64,000 nucleotides of DNA, from positions 291,875 through 355,874 of the IMG/VR virus record IMGVR_UViG_3300047476_002078. One strand, 5' to 3'. A program made the position numbers and the translations under genes. Positions 1 to 8,318 of the stretch are shown here, in pieces (within the stretch, counting starts at the first letter, position 1; every line of letters starts with the position of its first letter). The notes beneath the pieces were generated by a model. That model saw only the letters and a program-made list of their open reading frames with translations. It was not told where the DNA came from and made no database searches.

Positions 1-2604
1 TTTACTGCAAATAGAGCGTCTGTAAGTCAGTATGCTTCACCGAATTTAATTACTGCTAAGTTTAGTGTAAGAACAGGAAGTTTCTCCGGAAACGCTGTCA
101 GCCTTGATGACGCACCTTCTTTTTCAATTAGACCTAATTGCTGGGTTCGTGTTGGTCAAGAGTTTAGAAGAATAACCAATATTTCTAGTCAAACAGAATT
201 TGAAGTTTCTTCAGATTTTTTAGGAGCTTCTTGGATTAACGAAAGTGATATAGAGCAGTTGCCTTGGGTAGATGTTGTATATGGGCAAAGTAAATTTTTT
301 GCGGTATCTACTACAGGTAAAATAGCTAACTCTGAAGATGGATTAAGCTGGACAGAAAAATATACATCCTCATATCATTTTAACAAAATAATTTATACAG
401 GCTCTATATTGGTTGCTGTTGCCAATGATGGAGTTATTGTTCACTCTAATGATGAGGGTGAAAATTGGAATGTGGTAACGACAGGATTAGAAGATTTTTA
501 TTCTGTTGTTTTTGATGGTACAAATTATATTATTGTTTCAAGCGGTAATGTTTATACTTATGATAGCGTATTTACTCTAAGTAATACTGTTTCAATACCT
601 CAAACTTTACTTCAAACTTCTGGAAATAATAAATACTATACCTCAAATCTAATTAAAAAAATTACTTATGGAAACGGTTTGTATGTAATTGTTACTGACG
701 AGTTCAAAGAATATGAAACAGTCGGTTCTACAACAGTAACAAACCTATATCTCAGCTATATATGGACTTCAAATGATGGTACAACTTGGAGTAGAATAAG
801 CACTCCTTGGAAAACCTCATTCAATTATTCAAGTTTTTATGTTAATTATGCAGATTACTTAAACGGTGTTTATCTTGTAGGTGGAAATTTTGGAACTTAC
901 AAGTCAAGTGATGGTTCAAGCTGGTCTTTTGCTTGTGCTGAAACTATGGGAGCCTCATACGGCTTAGGTATTTATCTTTTAATTAGTTCAAATATTTCAT
1001 ACTTCTCAGAAGACTTAATTACATTTTCAGAAACTACTCTTGCTCAAAATAATTGGAAAGCTAGTTCGTTTAACGGTCAAATTTTCTTAGCTGTTGGAAC
1101 GTCTGGAAATTACAGGTCAATGTTTGTTGATCTTAGCACAACAACTTTTGCCATCTACGAACCTATTCCTACTAAAGATTTGTATCAAAATGTAGGGGAT
1201 GAGTCTCAGGGAACAAGAGTCATAGATAATTTTAGTGAATTAGTTACAAGTTTGATTCTCGATTATGATGACAGTTCATCTGTAGATGACGGTCAGTATG
1301 ATTCAGGAAGCAATAATATTATTGCCTTAGTATCCACAGATGATGAAGACGATTTTGTAACATTTTTAAGACCTTTATCAAAAGCAGGAGAGCTTACTGA
1401 AATAGTAATGCCTAACCCTGCACAAAATTTAAAAATCACATTTTTACCATTTCACTATGTAGGTGATGGTCAAGTTAATCTACTTGGGTATAGCTGTTTC
1501 TTTATTAAAGACGTAGAACAATACAAAGGTGGAATATTTAATCAAGCTTTAGGATTCACTAACGAGTCTTCTGGATTAAATATGGATATAGGGTTGTTTA
1601 ACAACAGAACTTTAATCACATTCAAAGATGAATTTTCTTCGTATGTTACAGGAATAAATTCTTCCTCTCCTTATGGTGATCTAATTGTTCAAGAACAAGG
1701 TGCAGAGATACCTAGACGTTTAGTTGGAGTAACAGATGATACTCTTCCTTATTACGAAGAACTGTCTCCAAATCAAATTCTTTTATGGGATAATCTAAGC
1801 AATTCTGTAAAAAGAAGAATGATTTCTGTAGTAAGAAGATATGGAACAATTGATACAAACGACCAAAACTCTTCTTATATTCAATCCTTTAAAGCAAAAG
1901 GTTCCCCTGTACTGTACAGCGTAACTCAGGCTGGTTGTAATAATGGAGATGTTGTTTATTTTAATGGTACTCAATTCGTAAAAGCTTTAGCAGACGATAT
2001 TTCAAATGCCGACATTGTTGGAGTAATTTTTAACGTATCTGGCACATTAGGAGATGTTGCAATATCTGGGAAAATTGAAAACGTGTTCACAGGTCTTGTA
2101 GTAGGAAATCCGTATTTTTTAAGTCAGGTTGATGCAGGTCAAATAATTACACCAAAACCAAGTTCCGGATTAATTGTAAAAGTAGGATTCGCTACGTCAT
2201 CTAACACTTTAGTTCTTGATGTAAAAGAATTTTTTGATCTTCCTCAAGCCGATGCTATTGTAGGGTCTTCAACTCAGCTTGCTAATGGACAAGCAACTCA
2301 TACTTCTTTAACAACAGCTATTAGTGATATACCTGTTGATGGAAAGATTTTGATTTTAAGAGGAACTTTTACAGGAAATATAGATGTCAATAAAAGATGC
2401 TCAATAGAAGGTCAAGGATATGGTTCTAACTTCAGTGGAAACATAACTGTATCTACTGATTACGTTACTTTAAAAAATGTAAGATTTGGTGGAAATTTAA
2501 CTGTGTCTGGAAATAGCAATTTCATTCAACAATGTTTTGTTTCTTCTACCTCTACAATTTCTAACACAGGTACTAACAATCTGGTTCAGACAATTACAGG
2601 GTAA
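1..2604 (+). CDS. 5'-truncated large virion structural / tail-fibre-like protein (Asp-box beta-propeller, cement-like domain, C-terminal beta-helix)
   Basis: Frame 1 is open from base 1 (FTANRASVSQY...), so the gene starts upstream of the window, not at 259. Asp-box-like motifs SEDGLSW, SNDEGENW, SNDGTTW, SSDGSSW. GDVVYFNG...GL..G.PYFLS segment typical of phage cement-like domains. C-terminal TSLTTAI...ILRGTF..NI.V.K..SIEG pectin-lyase-like start. Confidence 0.7.
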   Translation, partial: FTANRASVSQYASPNLITAKFSVRTGSFSGNAVSLDDAPSFSIRPNCWVRVGQEFRRITNISSQTEFEVSSDFLGASWINESDIEQLPWVDVVYGQSKFFAVSTTGKIANSEDGLSWTEKYTSSYHFNKIIYTGSILVAVANDGVIVHSNDEGENWNVVTTGLEDFYSVVFDGTNYIIVSSGNVYTYDSVFTLSNTVSIPQTLLQTSGNNKYYTSNLIKKITYGNGLYVIVTDEFKEYETVGSTTVTNLYLSYIWTSNDGTTWSRISTPWKTSFNYSSFYVNYADYLNGVYLVGGNFGTYKSSDGSSWSFACAETMGASYGLGIYLLISSNISYFSEDLITFSETTLAQNNWKASSFNGQIFLAVGTSGNYRSMFVDLSTTTFAIYEPIPTKDLYQNVGDESQGTRVIDNFSELVTSLILDYDDSSSVDDGQYDSGSNNIIALVSTDDEDDFVTFLRPLSKAGELTEIVMPNPAQNLKITFLPFHYVGDGQVNLLGYSCFFIKDVEQYKGGIFNQALGFTNESSGLNMDIGLFNNRTLITFKDEFSSYVTGINSSSPYGDLIVQEQGAEIPRRLVGVTDDTLPYYEELSPNQILLWDNLSNSVKRRMISVVRRYGTIDTNDQNSSYIQSFKAKGSPVLYSVTQAGCNNGDVVYFNGTQFVKALADDISNADIVGVIFNVSGTLGDVAISGKIENVFTGLVVGNPYFLSQVDAGQIITPKPSSGLIVKVGFATSSNTLVLDVKEFFDLPQADAIVGSSTQLANGQATHTSLTTAISDIPVDGKILILRGTFTGNIDVNKRCSIEGQGYGSNFSGNITVSTDYVTLKNVRFGGNLTVSGNSNFIQQCFVSSTSTISNTGTNNLVQTITG

Positions 2605-2607
2605 CAA

Positions 2608-3243
2608 ATGAAAAAAGCAAATCAGAGTCAATCAGATACAGATATTGAAAAACGTCGTTACGAAACAACGCTAGAAAGACCTCCAAGACATGATTTGAGA
2701 AGAGATCATGCTCCAGTACGTGACCCTGATTTACAAAAAGAAAAAATACAAAGAAGAGACGATATGGGTGGAACTTCTGTTTACAAGAAAAAGAACGAAC
2801 AAAAATCCAAAGCCTCCAAAGAAGAATCTGGTTCAACTGGAAGATTAATGGATGGCTGGGAACCTAAAAAAGAAAATTTAGAACAACTATTAAAAGTTGA
2901 AGCAAAACTAGATGTTTGTATTAAGTTTTTATCTCAAGCCCTCTCTGATTTTGCTGGTTTAAAATCCATAGACATTTCCCCTGACGGAAAATTAGGTGGA
3001 AGAGGTTTCGTGATGGATATTTCTGAAATCCGATCTCGTTTATATAGCACGGTAGAAAACATCTCTTTAGTGATTGATACTTTGTATGATGAAACTAGAG
3101 GAAAACATTGGACTAGCAAATTTGAAGTAGCTGAAATGAAAGAAGAGGCGAAAGAAGATGCAAAAGACGATCATTTGGAAGAATCTGACTTAAATAAAGT
3201 ATCTTCAATTTACGAATTTGTAAAAAAGAAGGCTAATAAATGA
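2608..3243 (+). CDS. hypothetical protein (charged, head-region)
   Basis: 211-aa ORF tightly packed between neighbours; stop overlaps the next start; no recognisable family. Confidence 0.7.
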   Translation: MKKANQSQSDTDIEKRRYETTLERPPRHDLRRDHAPVRDPDLQKEKIQRRDDMGGTSVYKKKNEQKSKASKEESGSTGRLMDGWEPKKENLEQLLKVEAKLDVCIKFLSQALSDFAGLKSIDISPDGKLGGRGFVMDISEIRSRLYSTVENISLVIDTLYDETRGKHWTSKFEVAEMKEEAKEDAKDDHLEESDLNKVSSIYEFVKKKANK

Positions 3244-3761
3244 GCCAAAAGGCAGCATTAAAAATAGCCGCTCATTGGATGACTGTCGCACAACCTAATC
3301 TAAAGTGTGACGAGTTCTCATTACCTTACTATATTATATTTTCTCAACGCATTAATTCCTTATATAACAAGCTTCCATCAAAAGTGAAGAAAGTTATGTA
3401 TGGGTGCAATTTACATTTGTGCTCTCAAGAAACTTTGGAAGAGTGTGCTGATAGAGAAGGAATTCTTGGTTTATGCAGACCTAAAGAAAAGTGCATTTGG
3501 TATAACATTGAAAGATTTTTGGACGGTAAAGAAGTCAATTTTGAAAAAAATCGTTTTGACAGTCTTTTTTATCATGAAATTGGGCATTACTTGACCCATT
3601 TTATGACAGAAAGAGAAAAATCTTTCTATTATAAATTATTCAATATGGAGCCAAAAACTTCAGGAGAACCTGAAGCAGATGGGTTTTCAGCTTACATGAG
3701 AGGGGTAGCTCCTTATCATGTACAAGAATTTTGGTCTTGGTATATTTTAAACGAATTGTAA
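3240..3761 (+). CDS. putative zincin-type (HExxH) metallopeptidase-like protein
   Basis: FYHEIGHYL motif followed by EPEADGFSAY (candidate third ligand Glu); N-terminal ALKIAA leader. Confidence 0.5.
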   Translation: MSQKAALKIAAHWMTVAQPNLKCDEFSLPYYIIFSQRINSLYNKLPSKVKKVMYGCNLHLCSQETLEECADREGILGLCRPKEKCIWYNIERFLDGKEVNFEKNRFDSLFYHEIGHYLTHFMTEREKSFYYKLFNMEPKTSGEPEADGFSAYMRGVAPYHVQEFWSWYILNEL

Positions 3762-3797
3762 TTATTTAATGATTTTTTATGTTTAGAAGGTTTTATT

Positions 3798-4520
3798 ATG
3801 AAAAAAGATATTGCAGAAAAAATTTTTAAAAAAATGGCTTATGAAAGTGGTGCAGACTATTTTCATAAACATAAAATTTTAGACTCTGGTGACAAACGTG
3901 AAGAAAGAGAGCCTTACACAAACCCTTCTCACGTAAGCGATGATGATCTTTTAGTAATAGCAAAACACGCCTCTACTATATTGGATAAAGAGCTAATGAA
4001 TTATAATGTAGAGGTTGCCAAGCAATCTGCCGTAGAAGTGGCTATTAAAACATTAGCAGACGGTAAGTATGACGGTAAGATTAATTCGGTAAACTATTTT
4101 AAAATTTTAAATTTAATGAATCAGTCAAAAACTGGAGGAGTAAACATGAAACGTACTGCAAAGTATTATACTGACAGACTTGATAAGATTGCAAACGAAA
4201 TTCGCAATCTTGTAGCTGAAGGTAAACTGGAAGCAAAAGTAGGATTTAATCTTGAATATGCCCTAGACCAAGTGTCAGATGAGCTTGAAGTTCAAGCAAA
4301 ACAGGCAAAAGCCCTAGAGCACGACAAAGATGAAAAATACATGAAAGATTTCGGTCAAGACCCTGCAACTCATGAGCAAGATAAAGACGAAGACTATATG
4401 AAAGAATTTCATAACTTTGGTCAAAATGTAATGTCTGAAGCTCACGATAAAGGTGAGTTCGACCCAAATAAAAAAGCAAGCAGGCTTGACGCTAAAAAAC
4501 TTGCTGCAAGAAGAAAGTAA
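3798..4520 (+). CDS. hypothetical head-region protein with a probable nested in-frame start at 4146
   Basis: 240-aa ORF. Internal GGAGGAG (4134-4140), 5-nt spacer, then in-frame ATG at 4146. D/E/K-rich repeats (HDKDEKYMKDF / EQDKDEDYMKEF). Confidence 0.7.
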   Translation: MKKDIAEKIFKKMAYESGADYFHKHKILDSGDKREEREPYTNPSHVSDDDLLVIAKHASTILDKELMNYNVEVAKQSAVEVAIKTLADGKYDGKINSVNYFKILNLMNQSKTGGVNMKRTAKYYTDRLDKIANEIRNLVAEGKLEAKVGFNLEYALDQVSDELEVQAKQAKALEHDKDEKYMKDFGQDPATHEQDKDEDYMKEFHNFGQNVMSEAHDKGEFDPNKKASRLDAKKLAARRK

Positions 4521-4539
4521 TAATTTTAGGGAGAGTGCT

Positions 4540-5058
4540 GTGAGCAAATCTAAAAAATCTTCAGTAGCTCTTTTTCCTTTCCAGACTTCAGTTTTAGATT
4601 ATAAAATTGGAGATCATGTAAAGAAATTGACTCGAAACAACGAAAGTCAGATTGTTGGTATAGTGACTCACATTTTACCAAAATCTTGCAAAATTAGAGT
4701 TCAGTGGACTTACGGAAATGAATTAGAGTCGCCTGAAGAAATCTACAAAGTTTCGCCAACTCTTTATCCAACTAGCGTAGGATTTGATACTTCTTATGAC
4801 AGTTGGGAGAACAGAGACAGTGAAAAAAATTACGGCACTTCTCTCCCTAAAAGACCAAAAAAATATTTAGAGTCTTTAGCTGATAAGATAGCATCAAAAC
4901 ATGTCAACGCTACTTCAATTTTAGTTGAAAACATACTTAGTATGAAAAAAGCTAATCTGAACGAACTACAATGTTATTTAAAGATGAGTAGTAAGTATGC
5001 CAAGAGTGTTGGAGATAGCTTACTAAAAGAATTGGTTTTATCTGTTTATGAAGAATAA
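4540..5058 (+). CDS. hypothetical protein
   Basis: Start revised to GTG 4540 (GGGAGAG just upstream, after the previous stop); N-terminal part looks like a small SH3/KOW-like beta domain (YKIGDHVKK...GIVTHI...IRVQW). Confidence 0.65.
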   Translation: MSKSKKSSVALFPFQTSVLDYKIGDHVKKLTRNNESQIVGIVTHILPKSCKIRVQWTYGNELESPEEIYKVSPTLYPTSVGFDTSYDSWENRDSEKNYGTSLPKRPKKYLESLADKIASKHVNATSILVENILSMKKANLNELQCYLKMSSKYAKSVGDSLLKELVLSVYEE

Positions 5059-5818
5059 AATTGCTATTGATTTAAACAAAGTAACTAACTCTTTGGATGC
5101 TAGATTCAAGTGTGAATTATTAGAAGACAATCTTCTTTGTATCGAAAATAAATTTGGCTTACCAAAACATATTTATGTAAATGATAAGGGCGAGATTTGG
5201 ACAAGTAGTGCTGACGTACTGGTAGATTCAAAAAATGTTGGCGATGTTGTGAAAACAGTTCGTAACCTAGCTGCTTCTAAACAAGAATTGGTCTTCAAGG
5301 TAAGCGATTTATTCAAATTAGTCGTTCCTCCTGACTGTTCGCTACCTGAACCAGAACTATTAGAAGACGAAGTTTTTGAAGTCGGTAATGACCTTGCTTC
5401 TGACATTTTGAAAGAGCCTGAAATTTTAGCACTTAACCTACCTCAAGAAGATGAAAATGAAGTAGTAGTAATGGTTTTTGATTCTATTGCTGACGATAAA
5501 ATCCAATCTTTTGAGGAAATGGAAAGCTTCATAGCTCCAAAATTGGCTTCTTTTTTAAATGATACTTTTGAAAATATGAAATTTATTAATATTGGAAACG
5601 GTTTAGTTGAAATTGTTTTTGATTCTAAATTAGCTTCAAATGTATCAAAAGATCAATTTTGTGATTTTCTTAAAGTAGCTTTTCAAGATGTAGATTTTTT
5701 TAATTTTTACTCAAGTTGCGTAAAAGATTTTTCAAAAAAGATTTCTTCTGATTTACCTGATTATTTTAAAATAAGAAATGAAGTCATAAATGAAGTGCTG
5801 GAGCAAATAAATGGATAA
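5048..5818 (+). CDS. hypothetical protein
   Basis: 256-aa ORF overlapping both neighbours in the operon; no family recognised. Confidence 0.7.
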   Translation: MKNKIAIDLNKVTNSLDARFKCELLEDNLLCIENKFGLPKHIYVNDKGEIWTSSADVLVDSKNVGDVVKTVRNLAASKQELVFKVSDLFKLVVPPDCSLPEPELLEDEVFEVGNDLASDILKEPEILALNLPQEDENEVVVMVFDSIADDKIQSFEEMESFIAPKLASFLNDTFENMKFINIGNGLVEIVFDSKLASNVSKDQFCDFLKVAFQDVDFFNFYSSCVKDFSKKISSDLPDYFKIRNEVINEVLEQING

Positions 5819-6164
5819 GAAAAAAGCTCAAAAGATAGCTAATAATATCATGCAAAAGAAAGCTTACATGGTTCTTAAAGTACCTGTTGGCTACGCACTT
5901 CTCAAAAACTCTAAAGATGTTTTACAAAAAAAGATCGGAATTCAAGTTCAGGATGAGGATTTAGAAGAAATTTTTGCAAGATTTATAGATTTAGTTATTT
6001 TTGGTCTTATGAAAGATACAGAAAATGTAGGGACTTCTATGCCATCGGCAGATGCTTTTGTTCAAGTAGCAGAAGAAGTTTTACAAGATAATTATGACAG
6101 TGATGAAGATTTTGAAGATTCTGATTTTGACGATGATATTGAATCTGAAAACAATAGGTATTAA
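5811..6164 (+). CDS. hypothetical protein, basic N-terminus and acidic C-terminus
   Basis: Stop directly abuts the ATG of the protease gene (TAAATG); QKIANNI leader. Confidence 0.7.
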   Translation: MDKKKAQKIANNIMQKKAYMVLKVPVGYALLKNSKDVLQKKIGIQVQDEDLEEIFARFIDLVIFGLMKDTENVGTSMPSADAFVQVAEEVLQDNYDSDEDFEDSDFDDDIESENNRY

Positions 6165-7796
6165 ATGGCTTTTTTAAAATATGCAGATGCTATAGTAAGA
6201 AATCCTAATTTAGAGCCAAAAGCTTGGAACAATATGCGAGCCGCTGCAACGGCAGTCAGAGTTCCGGTTTCTTCCATACTTGAAGATTTTTCGCCAGACA
6301 AATATCTACTTACCCACGCTACAATTGTAGCTTCCGTAGATGTAGAAGATAATGATTATTATATAAAACCAGACTGCTCACAATACGTTAATCAAAATGG
6401 CGACTGTTGGGAAAGGCAGCTTTTGATGGCTTCTTATCCAACATTTATTGGAGCTTATAATTATTTAGAGCATGTTCAAATTCCAGCTTTGTCAAAAGGC
6501 AGAATTATTGACGCTGTTGCTAGAAGTGTTTCAAATAACAATTCAGTTTATATAGATATTCTTGTAGCTACTGAAAGAAAGCACAGAGAATTAGTTGCAT
6601 CAATTGAAGGTGGAAAAATTTCTACACTTTCTATGGGGTGCTCAATCAAATATTCAATATGTTCCGCCTGCGGTAACAAAGCAGCCGATGAAACTGAATT
6701 ATGTGACCATATAAGATATATGAAAAATTCTTATTTCGTTGATGAAAACGGAGTAAAGAGGATAATTGCAGAACTTTGCGGTCATCGTGAAGAAAAAGAT
6801 TCTAACGTGTTTATTGAAGCATCTTGGGTTGCTAATCCAGCCTTCAAGGGTGCTGTAATGAGAAATATTTTATTTCCAAAAGATTCTTTAGAAAGTGTAG
6901 AAGTAGCAAAGAAAATTGAAGCTTCTTACGTTCTTAAAAAAGTAGAAGAAAATAGTTTAGACGCTTATTTAAAAGCAGCTTCACTTCGTAAAGCAGTTGA
7001 AGACCCAATGGATTTCCCAAATAAAGACGAAGAAGATTTAGTTAAACCAGAGCAAGCTCAACCAGAGCAAGCTCAACCAGAACAAGCTCAACCAGAGCAA
7101 GCTCAACCAGAACAAGCTCAACCAGAGCAAGCTCAACCAGAGCAAGCTCAACCAGAGCAAGCTCAACCAGAGCAAGCTCAACCAGAGCAAGCTCAACCAG
7201 AACAAGCTCAACCAGAGCAAGCTCAACCAGAGCAAGCTCAACCAGAGCAAGCTCAACCAGAGCAAGCTCAACCAGAAGAAGATTCTTTTGATGGGGTTAT
7301 AAATAAAGTTAAAAAAGAAATTCGCCAGCAAGTTATTGACGAACTGCAAAAAGAGTTGTCTGACTCGGTAACAACAAAAACACCGGATTTCTCAGATTCA
7401 GACAAAATGAATCAAGGTTGGAATACTAACGATAATCTAGTGAAAGCTTTTATTGAGATATATCAACCCAAAACAGGATTTTCAAAAGCTAAATTAGCCT
7501 CAATTTTTAAAATGGTTGAAGCTTATGAAAATAAGAAAGATATTGTTAAATTGGCTCACAGTTCTCGTGACCTTATAGATTTTTTTGAATTTGTAGATAC
7601 TTTTCAATTAAATCCAAAAAGTCTCAAGAAAAGTCACTACAATATTCTTAGAAAAGCTTCTAGCGAAAATTTAAGTAGTTTTGATAGTTTTTTAAACTTT
7701 GTTGCAAGTAACGGTATTTCCGATAATGCAGTAATTAACAGTATTTTAGCAAGGGCTAAGTTTATTCGTGAAAAATTTAAGGACGATAATCGCTGA
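6165..7796 (+). CDS. prohead (capsid maturation) serine protease, HK97/assemblin-type, with Zn-knuckle and PEQAQ repeat tract
   Basis: Upstream of scaffold, decoration and capsid genes. Candidate catalytic His in YLEHVQIP and Ser in STLSMGC. Cys cluster CSACG...LCDH follows; EASWVANPAFKGA motif. Confidence 0.75.
   Translation: MAFLKYADAIVRNPNLEPKAWNNMRAAATAVRVPVSSILEDFSPDKYLLTHATIVASVDVEDNDYYIKPDCSQYVNQNGDCWERQLLMASYPTFIGAYNYLEHVQIPALSKGRIIDAVARSVSNNNSVYIDILVATERKHRELVASIEGGKISTLSMGCSIKYSICSACGNKAADETELCDHIRYMKNSYFVDENGVKRIIAELCGHREEKDSNVFIEASWVANPAFKGAVMRNILFPKDSLESVEVAKKIEASYVLKKVEENSLDAYLKAASLRKAVEDPMDFPNKDEEDLVKPEQAQPEQAQPEQAQPEQAQPEQAQPEQAQPEQAQPEQAQPEQAQPEQAQPEQAQPEQAQPEQAQPEQAQPEQAQPEEDSFDGVINKVKKEIRQQVIDELQKELSDSVTTKTPDFSDSDKMNQGWNTNDNLVKAFIEIYQPKTGFSKAKLASIFKMVEAYENKKDIVKLAHSSRDLIDFFEFVDTFQLNPKSLKKSHYNILRKASSENLSSFDSFLNFVASNGISDNAVINSILARAKFIREKFKDDNR
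7047..7271 (+). repeat. 15 tandem copies of a 15-bp unit (CCAGARCAAGCTCAA) encoding (PEQAQ)15
   Basis: Read directly: 225 bp, with only GAG/GAA variation between copies. Confidence 0.97.
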
Positions 7797-7998
7797 ATTA
7801 GAAGTCCGTTTAGAGCGGATAGCGTACAAACCTAGATTTAAAAGACAACGTAAATTACGTGGTCCTAGAAAAACTAAAAGCCGAAAGTATTATCGCAGAA
7901 ATAAGTCTGAGATAAAACGTAGAATGAAGCATTATAGGAAAAAGTTTAAGACTTTTTTGAAAAATAGAAGGAAGAAAATTCATCATAGAAGGCTATAA
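7768..7998 (+). CDS. small, extremely Arg/Lys-rich (protamine-like) protein
   Basis: After the leader MKNLRTIIAELEVRLERIA, roughly half the residues are K or R (KPRFKRQRKLRGPRKTKSRKYYRRNK...). Confidence 0.65.
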   Translation: MKNLRTIIAELEVRLERIAYKPRFKRQRKLRGPRKTKSRKYYRRNKSEIKRRMKHYRKKFKTFLKNRRKKIHHRRL

Positions 7999-8006
7999 GG
8001 AATATC

Positions 8007-8282
8007 TTGAAAAAGCTCAATAGTGATTACTTAAAAAGATTGGTTGGGAGTATAGAGGAAATAGCTGACGATTTTCTTGATTCTAATGATTTTTCTACAG
8101 GATTAAAACTTAGAAGAATTGCTTCAAATATTATGGGAAGTTTAGCGTCAACTGATCTTTTAGTAGAAAATTTAGACGTTGATGATGAAAGTAGAGAGCA
8201 CATTGCTACAATAATAAAAGAAGCTGTCGCTGCAAAAAGAGCTTCTAAGCAAACTAAGAAAAAAGTTAAGAATAAAGTATAA
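8007..8282 (+). CDS. hypothetical protein
   Basis: TTG start with AAGGA upstream; RRIASNI motif; basic tail. Confidence 0.65.
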   Translation: MKKLNSDYLKRLVGSIEEIADDFLDSNDFSTGLKLRRIASNIMGSLASTDLLVENLDVDDESREHIATIIKEAVAAKRASKQTKKKVKNKV

Positions 8283-8318
8283 ATAAATTTTTAAATTAAT
8301 CTCTTTGGAGGAAACAAA

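Noticed and set aside
7038-7349. Minus-strand ORF with (WLSLL)n, membrane-protein-like
   Set aside because: Antisense shadow of the PEQAQ repeat.
8278-8285. TATAAATA (T4 late-promoter consensus) upstream of the scaffold gene
   Set aside because: At roughly two-thirds A+T this 8-mer is expected about ten times per strand in 64 kb, and I did not see it consistently before other late genes. Unsupported without TSS data.
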